From the NCBI GenBank assembly GCA_002633005.1, contig NMRA01000548.1, positions 223,001 through 287,000 on the forward strand: a stretch of 64,000 nt of DNA, given 5' to 3'. Positions 35,801 to 49,500 of this stretch are shown in pieces. The notes below the pieces were generated by a model. The model was given only the letters and a program-made list of their open reading frames with translations, ran no database searches and had not been told where the DNA came from. This DNA is from Phoronis australis (Eukaryota; Animalia; Phoronida). The position numbers and the translations under genes were made by a program. The stretch's first letter is position 1, and each line of letters opens with the position of its first letter.

Positions 35801-38800
35801 CCTTCATTAAATTAAAATTAAGTTTGAATTGGAAAACAGTTGTATATTTATGACTGAAATTGCCTGCACCAAGATGTACAATTAAGATCACATTGAGTTG
35901 ATTTTATTGCTATTTTTCACACAGGTGCTAGCCTGCAGCCAAATGTGGCCAGACATCAAAGAGTTGTATGTATGTTCCAACTCTATAGAACGTCTCTCGC
36001 CCCCTGGTTCAACATTGCAGTCATTGGAGATATTAAACTTAGAAGGAAATCCTATCAAGAGCTGGTCTCATGTCAATCATCTGGGAACATTACCAAGGTA
36101 TGATGGGGTTGGTAACGTCTGGTAAATGTTGAAAGAGGTTGTTACAAATGTCATTTCACAACAAGACACCTTCACCTTGCACTAATTAATTGTATCTTGA
36201 TTGATGTGACAGTGCAATGTTGAACTTGGACGAAGGTTCAATTCATGAGTGTACAAAGGTCCGTTTTAATTCTGTCTGAACTTCATGAAAATCTTTAAAG
36301 GTTTTGTTCGTGTTTGTTTACTGGAGTTCTGCCTGTCTGTTGTTCGCTTTGCCAAAGTCATGACTGCTACATTGGAAATTTCGGCCGCAAACAGTGCCCT
36401 GATGGAAAAAAGTTTTCCGATATTGTCAACAACATAGACAGCAGTTGGGGAGAAACCGAATACTTTGTAGTGAGCACAGATTGTATGACTGTCATCAATC
36501 AACTTGTGAGAAAAATTTCATCATTTTTCGCAATGCAGCGAGCTTTTGGAATAAAAATTGGCCAATTTTGGCATTTGTTTTTGTTCAAACTTTAGGAACC
36601 TTAGCATAAATAGTACATTCTCGTGAACATTTACCATTATAGACTTCACACTTTGCTACTGAATGACACCCAGCTCGAGGACATTTGCTTTAGTGAAGAC
36701 CCCTGTGATAGCCAGACCCCGCTGTTTCCAGCTTTGAAGTCCCTGTCGCTCACCAATAACAAACTGGAGAGGGTAAGAGCCACTGATCACACTTTCATGC
36801 AATAATTCTAATTTTAAGTAATTTTCGCATTAGTCAGTCTGACCCAGTCTGAACTACTGCTAGGTTGAAATTTTGTTGGTTGGTGCAAGGTTGTGTTGTT
36901 CAGAAGCAGATACATGCAAAAGTTATAAATTTTAAAGTGAATCTTGCTTCATTTTGATTTTAGTTTGTTTCCAAATGTGTCATTTGTTTTGTTTTGTATG
37001 AATCTCTTGTGTCCATGAAACTTGCCAAGATAAAGAGTAGTCAGAGTTCATGTTTATTTGACATTTTGGGTGACTTGCTCCAGAACGTTGTGGTTATTAT
37101 TTATTATTAATTACGAATATTTACTTAATTAGAGTAAAGTCCTACCAATTTAAAACATAACATGGTGGACAAGTGATTTTTTTCATATAGGGTAAGTAGC
37201 ACCAAATAAATGCAATCGCTTTTTTAAGTTCTATACCACATGTACCTACACCATACAATGTTTTGATAAATTGTGGGCGTTCACGTCATTGAGAAGCCTT
37301 TGAATCATGAAAAAAAGACTAATTTCCATTTTTATTTTTGCCTAAAATTGGTGGGATTTCACTGAATTGTTTTAATTTCAACACATTGTGGAGACCATGT
37401 ATAAAGCAGCTAACAGTTGATTCATAAAAAAAATTTTTTTCAGTGGACAGACATCAATGAACTCAACAAGCTAAAGAGCTTGGAAGAATTGAGGTTTTCT
37501 CGAAACCCGGTGCTGGCAACCACCGTCCCTGAAACGGCCAGACAGTGGGTTATTGCTGAAGTCAAGTCTCTCAAGTTAATCAATAGAACCGAGGTTAGTG
37601 ACTTGCTGCGTAGTGTGGCTACAGTCTGTCAGCATTTCCTTTACAAGCAGTCTGACTGCGCCGGTCGATAAAGTTTCTTGTCTCTGATTGATGCTGTCAT
37701 CCTCATCAGTTCTTCCGTCTGCCCGTCTGGCATCTGCTGCTTTATTTTTCCAAAATCAGACGATTTATGTTCATGAAATTTTGCAGATGCTCGTTTCATG
37801 GATGGGATGGCATGAGTGAATTTTTGGACGAATCTGACTTCCGGTGTGCCCCCTAGTGGAAATTTGTTATGTTTACTTCAGTTTGTATCTTCAAAGGTCC
37901 TCAACGGATTTACTTAAAATTTGGCAAATAGGTATCTATTAGTGAGATGGTTAGTGATATTCCCACATTTGGATGGATTAAATATACAGCTCATAACCAC
38001 AACGGGACTGTCAGGATTATCAGCAAACTATTTGAATCACCAGGTGACTTCCGAGGAAAGGAAAGGTGCAGAAATTGATTACCTCAAGAGGTTTGGCAAG
38101 GAATGGATGGCAGCAGGCGGAAGTGAAGATGAGAAAAAATGCAACACAAGCATTGAATTCAAGAGGATGCACCCTCGATATGAAGAACTTGTCAAATGTA
38201 GGTAACCGTTGTTGCGATGTTCACTAACTTGCCAAATATATGGTGCAATGTTAACAATTTAGGACACAGTGTACAGGGCTTGGAATTTAAGAGTACTTCC
38301 TTTTTTGGTTTTGATTTCCTCGTCTTTGATTTCCAGTTTCCTCTTTTCATCGCTTTTTATCATTATTTTGACTTTAATGCAGAAACGTTTATTTGACAGT
38401 TAAATTTGAGGACTCAAAAAATATTTCTATCACACAAGCCTATTTATTTGTGGAGCAGTACATCACCTGGACGTTTTTCCTCTATGTGTTTTTTGTCATT
38501 TGTCATTCCAAGCCCTGGGTATGTTCAACTAATGAAGTTTTGTTTTATAATTTTTCCATGAAAAACTGGTCGATCCCAATCTGTGTTCAGGTTTTATACC
38601 ATCAGATAATGTTTTGAAAAATGGCAAATTATTTTTATGTGAAATTGGTGAGATTTTAATAAATGTACTTTTAGCACCTACCAAAAAGACCTTAAGTTTA
38701 GAGGTTGGAAAGCAATAACTGAGAGTGCTCACTTGTCATTTTGGCGAGCTGGTCCTTCACTTTGTACGCAGTTGTCACCAATAGGCCCGGGTGTTATAAC

Positions 38801-41728
38801 ATAATGGAATCTAGATTGATTTCATGCAAAAGAGGTTAATGAATGCATACAGTTAGTAAAATCTCGTTTAATTACATACACAAACTCAATTTGCGTATGT
38901 TAGAGGCCTCCAGTTTGACAGCTGATAGTTTGTAGTTGATTCAACCGGCGTTCATGGTTCAACTTGAAGTACCACACAATGCTAATCAGGTTAAAGCCGA
39001 AATTGCTACCTTCTAACTTGAATAAGTCAAGTTCGCAGCGATAAGTTTTCTCGTTGAAGTAATCACTGAACCCTGTTCTGTCTCTGGTATTATCGAATTG
39101 AGGAAATGCTCTAACTTGCTGTTTTAACGAAGCCAAAGGTTTCCCCCCAAAACATCAACCAAACCCGTATAGTTTTTGAACACAGCCGCATGGGGATTTA
39201 AAGTACTGCTAGGTTTCCAGTTCTACAACTGCCCACAAGCACTGAACTATGATGGCAATGTAATGAAATTTAACATATTACACCTGAGCTTTGCAGTAAC
39301 AGTGCAGCTGCAGTAACTGTTATGAATTGTCGTTAATTTGAGGTTTTTTATTTCAGTGTGGGGCGCACCAGAGGAATCTGAGATGAAAGAAATATCTGGG
39401 GCTTTAAAACACAATTTACTGGGTATCCTTTCTCAAGCGCGTCGAAACTCTGTTGAAAGCTGACGTGCTTTTGATGGTTGTTTAACACTGCATATTATTT
39501 AGTGTAATGGTTGGGAAACAAATTCTTTCACAGCCTTGAGATTTTGAGTTACTGTAATAAAAATTGCTTACTCGGAAACATATTGGCGATTTGAACGTTT
39601 CAAACTGCATTCTATGGTCCTTTGTCAATGATATCTATGAGTAAGTGATTTATGTTTCACTGAGCTCATAAAGTCATTGCATTAATTAGTGGGGATGAGG
39701 GTAAGGCAGTGTTTAGTAAGCAGCTACAGTAATGAGAACAAAAATGCAAGGCAAGTCTTTTAACATAAGTTTGACAATCTTTGGCATGGCTGTTATTGGA
39801 TATATGACCTTACTTCTCTGCAATCGTCTGATAACAATGCATGGAAAACAAATGTATAATCTTTCATCTGAGTATCAAATTAAAATGAATGATGACAAAT
39901 TTCACCTTTTTGCACAATTGTCATCCTATACAAATTCTTTTCTGTGTTATTTTGCATTGATGAGTAAAGATCGTTTCAATGATCTTTTTGTGTTTCCCTA
40001 ACTGTCACCAGATGTCTCTATATTCAGTCCTAAAATGCCAGAACGAGTTCCTATCAAGAAGAAGCTGCCAGCCACAATGACTATCCAAAAGGTCAAGACT
40101 TTAGTACAGAGGCTTTTCAAGTTGAAGACACATGACATCCAACTGTCATATCTTAGTCAACAGGTGAGAAGTTGTTGCCATGGGTTAAGTACTAAGGTTT
40201 ATTACTGACTTCATCCATACTTACCAACTCTCATGCTATGGTATCACCACTATGGTTGAAGTATCTTAATTTATAAAACTTCGCGTTTCTTTTAAGAGGC
40301 TCGGCACATGAAAGCTCGTCAAAAATATCTTTTAGGCAATTCCTGACCAAAGGACCATATTGCAACATCTTGCACAGAGTAATTCACTTTCCCCTGAAAG
40401 GTAATTTCCGGAAAAAATCACGCAATTCACGATTTTTGAAATACGCGCGAAAAAAACGCTGTGGTTACCACAGAGTTTCTAATCTCCCTCCCACTTATGA
40501 TAAATATGTGCGTGCGCTCACATTCAGTTGCTTGAAGTCGCTTGAGGTCAAAGGTGACATTTTATATATTAAGGGAAATGTCTATGTCTTCTCATACCAA
40601 ATGTGGAGACTTGCTTTGCCTTGTGGGAGAAAAATCGACAAAGTGGCGAGCAGTAAAAACATTGTTCTTTTTTGGAAATTTGAAACTAAAAGAAAATGCT
40701 TTGATATCAACAGAAATTAAAAATCTTTATGAACAAACCCTAAAATACCTGGCAAGCAGGTTGAATTCCGTTTCAGTGGTAGAGAACCACTTTCAATATT
40801 ACGATTTTAGTGTTTATCTCATTCCAGGCTTCTTAAAGGACTTTGTATAGCTCTGCAGTAGTTGTAAACTTGCAGTCTGCCAAAAAATTTTTGATTGAGA
40901 TTGAATAAAGTGGTCTCAACATAGAGGTGATTCCTTAGGTTGAAAAAATGATAGTTATATTTGAAACCAGGTTAAACAAGTTGGCGTGTCACGGGGGTCA
41001 TTTTATGCATCAAATATTGTCTCAAGCAATAACGAATTGTCTGTCCTTACCAAGACTAGAGGCCACGTCTCATTTGAGTAACGAACTAGCTGAAGCCAGT
41101 GCATTATTTGCATCACCATAATATGCGTACAACACAAGTCAACGTACTGAGTAAAAGATGATCGCAGTGCTATTAATCGTCATCAGTGTTCCCTCAGTTA
41201 GTTCATGGTCTGTGCTATTCAGATCCCAACTTGTATGGATCTTGCAATGTTTAACAGTTTGGAAATGGACTGTAGCATCTCGTGTTTTACCCTGTGCTAA
41301 CAATTGCTACAATCTTCCAGACTGACTGACTTTGCCTATACAATATACAGTGTGTGTTCCCCTTCTGGTAATTGTTCATGAGATACAATTTGCCAAACAT
41401 TAAGTCTTATTAAGTAGCAACTTGTCCATACGTTACTCTTGGCTTAACAAAATCCGTACAAGTTAAATGTGAATTTAACTTGTACGGATTTTGTTAAGCC
41501 ATTTAACTTTAAACTTTCCTATCCCATTTTCTTTACAGATTTGTTTTTTATTGCATCACAGTACAATAACTTAAAAAGTGACTTGCACTTATCTGTTTCT
41601 ACTGATTAGTTGTATAACATGTTTGCTCCTTGCAGGTCCCCGAGTCAGAGATTGAAATGGATAATGATTTACGACAGCTGTCTTTCTATGCTATAGAAAC
41701 CAATGATACGATTTGTGTCAAGTGGTGA
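31796..41728 (+). CDS. TBCE: Tubulin-specific chaperone E (CAP-Gly + LRR + ubiquitin-like)
   Basis: Exons in phase: 31796-31895, 32332-32416 ([16 protein letters not shown]), 33126-33326 (SGSFIRPKK...VEVVG), 33752-33940 ([15 protein letters not shown]), 35020-35122, 35925-36097 ([11 protein letters not shown]), 36643-36772, 37444-37593 ([10 protein letters not shown]), 38044-38197 ([14 protein letters not shown]...HPRY), 39357-39422, 40012-40163 ([13 protein letters not shown]), 41636-41728 ([24 protein letters not shown]). Confidence 0.95.
34079..34323 (+). mobile_element. hAT-like MITE
   Basis: CAAGGCTTGAGATT ... CATTCCAAGCCCTG ends; colinear with 38274-38517. Confidence 0.7.
37700..37990 (-). 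mobile_element. Fragment of the HINE-like element at 9247-10085
   Basis: CCGTCTGCCCGTC microsatellite remnant, TTCATGAAATTTTG and CCCCTAGTGG are reverse complements of motifs in 9800-10040. Confidence 0.65.
38274..38517 (+). mobile_element. hAT-like MITE
   Basis: 13-bp TIR CAGGGCTTGGAAT / ATTCCAAGCCCTG. Confidence 0.8.
41440..41501. repeat. Perfect 29-bp inverted repeat with 4-nt spacer
   Basis: TGGCTTAACAAAATCCGTACAAGTTAAAT-GTGA-ATTTAACTTGTACGGATTTTGTTAAGCCA. Confidence 0.97.
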
Positions 41729-42889
41729 GATGTGCGAACGTCATGTTTCTTGCATGGGCACTCTCTAGTGAAAGAAGTGAGAAATGCCAATTGGTGGCAG
41801 ATACGAAAATTGGAAAAGTTAATTTTAACACAAGACTTTCTCCTTATCAGAATTTGTAACTTATGATCATAACTCATTACATAAAAAATCAGTCACAGAG
41901 TTGTAGAATTATGGACAAAGATGTTGAATGTTTGCAAAGAATGACTTAGTATTGTAGACTTGAATTGGAGACTTCATTTGAATGTTTCTTTTATCAATAA
42001 GTATTTTCCAGGTACCTTTAAAGTAGTGTTTTGTAAATATCCAATTCCATGATAAGATCAGTTTCTGGTTTTTTGCTCTTTATTTAGGTGAGCAGGTCAA
42101 CTCATTTCATATCATTACTGGCCATTGGATGAATGTGACCGAGTTAGTAATCGTTGGATATAATTTAGGCATAGTGTTGATATGATAAAATCTTGTAAAA
42201 TCCTATTATTCAGTGCTGTTTTAGATTTGTAAGAAGTGCCAATGATATGTTGAATAGCAATGGGTAACCGACATTGTGGACTAGAAGCTGTGAGTTTGTT
42301 TTTTGTGTAATTTTTTACTTTATTTTCAATAACAATGTAGGTTACGTTAAATTAATTGTATTACGTGCCAATTAAACCTTCATTTACTACGAGCGTGAAA
42401 TATACCGCGAGTAGTTAAGTGCAAGAGACATACCTTAGCAATATTTTTCTCAGTCTTTGCTTGTTGTATTAATGTTCACAACTGATAACTTGGTTACTGT
42501 TATGAAAAATCTAATTAAATGCAATGTACGACTTGTCTGTAGTGTACATAATGAATTAAATCAAAGCTTGTATCCAGATGTCTGTCTTTTTTTTCATATG
42601 CTCCTTTTGTGACTCTAAAAATTTAACCTTCTTGATTGAAAGTGACGAGGTGATGGACAAAAAGATTGGAGCCGCAGCTTATTCCTAAACAATTTCAAAG
42701 AAATTACCTGGAAAACGTCAAAAGGAATTTTGACTGTAGTATTTATCCAACAGTTATTACCATATTTGCTTTGTCGCTTGCGAGACTTCATCGGCATGGC
42801 TTAACTGCATTTGGCAGAACTATCCCTTCACTTTCATAGGTTTTGTATTTCCAAAACCATACACTTGAAAATGATTTGAAGTGGAACTT

Positions 42890-43200
42890 CTTACACTAAT
42901 TCCTTATCTCTGCTTGGTCAATTGGTTAGAAACACAACATACAGCGACGATGTGAATGTGAAGTAGGTTGAACATTGTCAAATGTTTTAGGAATGAGTTT
43001 TGTGTCGAAAATAATGTGCCGTAAATCACTCAACTGTGTCCAGTAAGCATTGTGACCTGGTGTTGGGGAATAGCGCTGCATGATGCGGGCTATGTGAGCC
43101 CCCCAAGGTACGTCATTAGTGCAAAGGTCACCCATTTGGATTTTTTTGTTTTCACATTAACAGGTTGTCAATGAATACAATTGCACTTTGTTTAGCGTAG
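42890..43200. repeat. Dispersed repeat; inverted copy at ~48480-48796
   Basis: CTAATTCCTTATCTCTG...TTAGAAACACAACATA...TTTTGTGTCGAAAAT...CATTAGTGCAAAGGTCAC matches the reverse complement of 48480-48796. Confidence 0.8.
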
Positions 43201-43591
43201 ATGATGTTCAAATAGCATTGTTGTTTAGTTCCGCTATACATTAGCATAGTTAGAAGCATGCAAATACATCATTAACAAATTTTAATTTAAAAATCAATTT
43301 ATTGCAAATCGAATCTTCATCAATTTACACAATAACGGCATTTGCTTCAACATTTATGTTAAAACTATGAAATATTTAGCACTGTTTAGATATAATATTC
43401 AACAGTTATATATGGAACAAATAACATTTAATCACTGATTAAGAATAATTATAAAATATTCGCAAAATAATTACTAGATAGTCTAGAGTAATAGGGTGAA
43501 CAATCTTGCCCCACTGCACTTTTAACAGCAACAAGCAAGACCTGTCAATCATCAAAATCCCGTGCTGTCAATCATCACAAGCACATGCTGC

Positions 43592-46500
43592 CTACAGTCT
43601 GGACTGATGAGCTTCTGCTGCCTTCTTCTTAATCAATCTGCGCATGATTTTTCCACTGGAATTCCGTGGAATGGACGTCGTGAATTCCACATCACGAAGG
43701 CACTTGAAGGGTGCAACTTTTCCTAAAAGTGGTTAAAATATGTGTCATCTTTGTGCTTCTGCTATTGAACCATGACTTGCCAGAATGCATGTCTATTATT
43801 TAATCCAAGGATGCAATTGAAACTTTCATCTTTTTATCTTCATAACAAAACAAGACTTGACATTATGTGAAATCACTCGGTAGCACAATCTCCATCAAAC
43901 TCAGCTCAAAGACTGAGTTGGGACTGAATGGTTTATTTTAGGGGTGCCCATTCATTCATTAAACACTGCACTATTAAGGACAGATTTGGGGACGACAATA
44001 TAAAACTGCAGTACACTGATCTGGACTGCAGACTCTCTTGTGAGGCCCATATTCGAATCCTGAGTTTACTGGGAGACTATGAGCATTGAGCTCGGTCTTG
44101 GCTTGCGTGCATAAAAAGGGGTGCAAGGGATGTGAATTAAGTGTGAAGAGCTATCCGGAAAGCAGTAATCAGCATGGATGCTGTTGCCCAGATTGCTAGA
44201 CTTGATATTGTTGCATTAGGAAAGTTGGTAAGAATTCTATAAAACATTCTGGCGCATACTCTCAACTATAGGGCAAGTTAAATCCCCTGCAGCATTGAAT
44301 CAATGCAATCCCTCATAAAACCTACTTGCTACATGTTCCTTAATGTCATCCTTCGTGGACGAATGGTCTTTCTTCAGCACAACGTACGCCTTCGGCACCT
44401 CTCCGTCCTTCTCATCTGGTATCCCCACCACAGCCACGTCTAGAACGTCTTTGTGTCTTAGGATTAAGTGCTCCAACTCAGCTGGTGCTACCTGAACAGG
44501 AACGGTTTATTTAGGGCTCGATTTTCCACCCTGCACGTCGTCGATGCAACCTCAGATTCTGGTGAAAATCCCAGGTCACCATGAGGTTGCATGCACAAAT
44601 CCGAGCACTTGCAATCAAACTACTACATGAAGTAAACAGACAGAGGTCAGATTGTTTGAAAGGGTCCATTTACGACCCATACACAGGCAATGTGCATCGA
44701 TCACCTGCTTCTTAGAGGAGGTTTGAGCCTGTGCAGGATATAACCCGAGAGGGGGAACTTGGTCGTTTCCAAGCATGCGTAACATTCCTAATTTTTCTTT
44801 CAACTAAAACAGCTGCCTGGGCGGCCCTTCAAGTATCTTGTTTATTTCATTTTCGGCTCTTTCTGGCAAATGTGCATAATTTGTAGGGGACACGACTTTT
44901 GAAACCCCCCCATATCAGAACACTGTAAATCTAGGTACAATTGCTGTCCACCAAAAAATACAAGAAAGTGTATTGATGAGAAAAGAATGTCTGAGTAGTT
45001 TGTGAGGGAGCAACACTGTCCACTAATGAGGAAGTAATTAACATTCAACACCCTAGAAGGAGCAGGATCAAGGTTAAACAATCCTTAAATTATAATTTGA
45101 GAATGATGGACAAAACTCCTCCAATGCAGCAGCTCACTGCACTGTGTTCTATAACTAAGACAACCTAGAAGATTTGAGCCCTACATCATTAGAAACTTGG
45201 TAGCCCATTTCACAGCACCTCATGCCGTACAATTCCCAGTGCCGTCAAGTGACGCCATCAAGTGGTTTGTTGAATCAGGGATTCGAATCTGATCTAAGGT
45301 CAACATTTATTTACTATAGTTGCACTATAGCAATGTTATAATAATTATATCTAAAATCACATATTTTGTAGTGCGGAGTAGGGCAACTACCGCATTAGCC
45401 AAGGCTTCAGATGGCAGTAAAACACTGGCTAAAATACATTGATATATTGTATACTAAAACCGCTTGGCTTCTGAGAATGGATTTCATGTAAAACAGTTAA
45501 GTTAGGGTCAATTTCACTAGATGTCAGAAAAATACAATCAAAATTTGATGTGATATGTTTTGGTTCTCCGCATGGCACCCGTTGATGAATGGTTTCAGTA
45601 GCATTACGTCCCATTCTCCTGGAGTGTAAAAATCAAGAAATTTCCACTATCACAATCTAATCTAGAATAACGCTTGATTAAACTTGTCAAGCCTTTTGTG
45701 TTGGTACACAATACTGTGGTTAAGCTGATCAGAAGTTACAGTCACACAAAGGAATCTACAGGTGAAAGTTAATAAGTCTAATTACTCAGAAAGTCAACTA
45801 TTTTTCTCCATTCGAAGTTTTTTTGGTGAAAGTCTTTCATACAAAACACATCTGCTTCACATCATTTGTTGAAAGTCGTTTGCAAATAGTATTTTTTAAA
45901 TATCAGTTAGCATCAGGTGCACTGTTTACAACGTAAGTCGTAATTGCTAGATTACCTGAGCTTATCAGATGAAAGCAGACAATAAGAGAGCTGGACTTAG
46001 TAAACATTCAAGTTTGCCACTGTCAAACTGTTAACAACATAGCTGTAACCCAGCTGGCCGACCAGTCAATCGGAATACTCATTCCACAGCGCAGGTGCGT
46101 AATGACACTTTGAACTGAAGTGGGCACTTGGCCTGCGAGTCATGATGTCGGACAATTACAAGGACTAAAGTTGATTTAGAAACTACTGTTGTCTGGAGGT
46201 TTTTGTAATGGGGCATCAGGAAGAGGCAACTTTGATTAGTTGATGAAGTGTCTGTAAGGGCTGTCAACCTGAGATTGTTTTGAGCTAAAGTCTGTGTCTG
46301 ACATCTGATCACCAGCTTGGCTTTACAGCATAAGTGTACTGAGGTGAGGATAAATTAAGCAGGGATTAAGAGGGGATGAGCTTTTGATCCAAGTACAAGT
46401 TCAAGAGGTCATCTCATAGGTTTATAAAGCACGGAAAGTCCAAGTCTGCCTTAAAACACACTGGAACAGAAATCTTAAGTTCGTACCTGATATCCTTTGC

Positions 46501-49500
46501 ACTTGATCAATTCCTTAATACGATCCACGATAAACCAATGTCCCTTCTCATTGTAATGCCCTATATCCCCTGAAAAAAGAAAGCTGGATATTTGAATGCT
46601 GAAAGTTTGAATGCCGAAAGTTTGATTTCTGAAGTTAAAACAAGTCTGTATGATCTATGGTGACATAGTAAGAAGGTTATATTAAACAACATATGACTGA
46701 TGTGGACTTGTTCACGACATTAAACGGAAATTTTAAGACAAAAAACAACCAAAGAGTACATGCATGTTGACATTTTAAAAATCAATATACATAAGCATGA
46801 CCGCGGGGCAAGGTATTTGCCCCCATTCAGCTGACCACTCTGGAATAGCTTTGCAGTGAATGGGCTGTGCATGGGGTGTGGTTTCCTGTGAAACTAAAGA
46901 ACTGGTAGACAAGTGAAAGAACTCAAAGTTTCTGAAGAATAACTTTCCATGTTGCTATGATACTCATGACTGTTTACAAACTAAATCACCATGACTTGTG
47001 TGTCACTCAATATGAAATAAACTTTCCAGGCAGATGGCAAAATAATATTACCTATCGTCCTTGTTAACGCCTACGTTCAACTGAATGCTCAGCCCTGAAA
47101 TTTCCAAATTATCCTGCTTACCTTTAAATTATGAACTGTTCAATTTACTGTGGCATCTTGCCGTATTTGAAAGCTAGGTCAAAATAATCAAGCCAGCCAA
47201 CTGGCTGATGTGTATGACTCAACATCATAATTATGTAGATTTTAGAAGTAGATTATTTGACATTAATCTAGAGACAGATTTCTTTGATCACTCATCCCAA
47301 GAAGTTGCTACTGCATGAAACAGAAATAAACTGAAAATATAGGGAAGAAACAAAGACGTACTATTATACAACACAATGCCAATTAATGTCTGTTTAACTG
47401 CCACTCCACAGAAATGGAATTTTGACTTAGGATTAAATTCAGCTATGACGAGCAAGGATTCCAAACTAAGAGAGAAAATATAGAGTTCGAGAAGAAATAT
47501 GTGGTATAATTGTGTTAAACTACATATTTTTATATGGGTGTGAATATTCAAGCCTTGGTTGCTGCAGTGAGTGACAAAATTTTTTACTCTTGCATGCAAG
47601 TATGACATCAATGCAGCTTAGTGGGCAGTTACTGTTCAGTACCCTCGACTCCTATCAAACCTTTCATTTCTAAATGCAGTGCATACTTGGCTTAACCTAG
47701 CTGGCCCCACCTCCTTATGATTTAGTTCACTGGTTTAACCCTGATGAGAATGGTACATTGAGAAAATCTTTGCACAGAAAAGAAGAACTTTGCTTACATG
47801 ACATGAAAAACATTTACAGGGCCTTGTTACATCAAAGAATAGGCTAGGCAAGGCGGTTTTTAAATACCCCACCTGGATCTTAGGATATCAAACGAATTCT
47901 GGCACAGATAGGTACGCCCCAGCCAAGCAGCAAGTCAAGTCTATTCATAAAGACATGCCCAAGTTAATTGAGTGTGTAAATCTTTGTTAGAAAATACTGT
48001 GCCTGTAATTATTTCCACAAAATTAGGCATAACGTATTAGAAACACAAAAGGTATGGCAAGGTGCTGTGAGCAGGCAATGAGTGTGCTTGTGGTGTAATT
48101 TGTAAATGCAAAATACAAGTCATGTAATTGGAAAGAAATAAAACCTCAATTACCAGTATGGAACCAGCCATCTCGGATGCAGTGTTGCGTGCTGAGGGGA
48201 TCATTCAGGTAGCCTTTCATGATATGAGGACCCTTGAGACAAACTTCACCATCTTCATTGGGACCCAATAGTTTCCCCGAGTCCGGGTCAATGACCTTAG
48301 CCTCACTTCCAGGTATGATGGCCCCAATGGACTCTATGGCACAGTTTTTCAAAACGAACGAGGAAGCGGCAGCTCCAGATGTTTCTGTCAAACCATAACC
48401 TACGTGATTGAAGAAGGGATGCACCTAATTATGCTATATGTATAGCAGGAACTAAAGACAATGCTATTGGAACATCACCTACGCTTAACAAAATGCAGAG
48501 TTGTACTCATTGAAAACTTGTAAATGCGAAGACAAAAAAATCTGCACAAAAGTGACCTTTGCACTAATGACGTACCCTGGAGTCTCACATAGCTTGCATC
48601 AAGCAGTGTTATTGTCCAACACCACGTCACGATACGTACAAGACACGAGTGATTTACAGCGGATCATTTTCGACACAAAACTCATTCGTAAAAACTTTTG
48701 GAAATTTTCAACGTATATCTTATTCACATCGTCGCTATATGTTGTGTTTCTAACTAACTTGACCGAGCAATTACAGAGATAAGGAATTAGAGTGCATGTT
48801 CCATGTTAACGTATAAATTAATAAGAAGTTAGTACACTTTGTAGAGGAGGCAAGTGTGGCCTAGGAGAACAAGTGTCTGCTTCCTTTACGCAAGGTCATG
48901 GTCACACTGCTAGACCCTTGAGTCATGTCTCTAGCTCCTCAGACCATGTTTAGCTATATATTTACTAAAGCATACACATGGTGACCAGTGCAATGGGTCC
49001 ATCTGAGCAGCTAGCGCACGTCAGGTACAACGGGTACCAGATAGCATGCAATGACATATACTTCACTGTTCTTAATAAACAATTTGATAATGATAAACCT
49101 CACTTATGCAGAGTTTTGTCTCATGTCAACCCTTAATGCATTCACACTAGTTTCATGTCTCAAACAAATCCACTAGAACAAGAAACTGTAGGTACACCAT
49201 CATAATTATCCACCTTCAGAGTACGCGTGTATGACTGGCTGATAAGCCACCTATGGAATTACTTTTCGATGAATGGATGACCAGGCCATAAAATGATAAT
49301 TAGCTAAAACAAGTTAAATAATGCTAGCATAGAAGAGTTAATACCTCCAGGGCAACTTTGAGAGAGTAAGCATCTTCTGTTAGTCATTTGTCTAAAGCGT
49401 TTTAAAAAACTTGGTTCACTGACGTCTGATTTTCTGGATTATGCAAAAATTAAAATTCAAATTGCAACGTTTTCATTTCCGCCATCCTGGTTCTGGAAAC

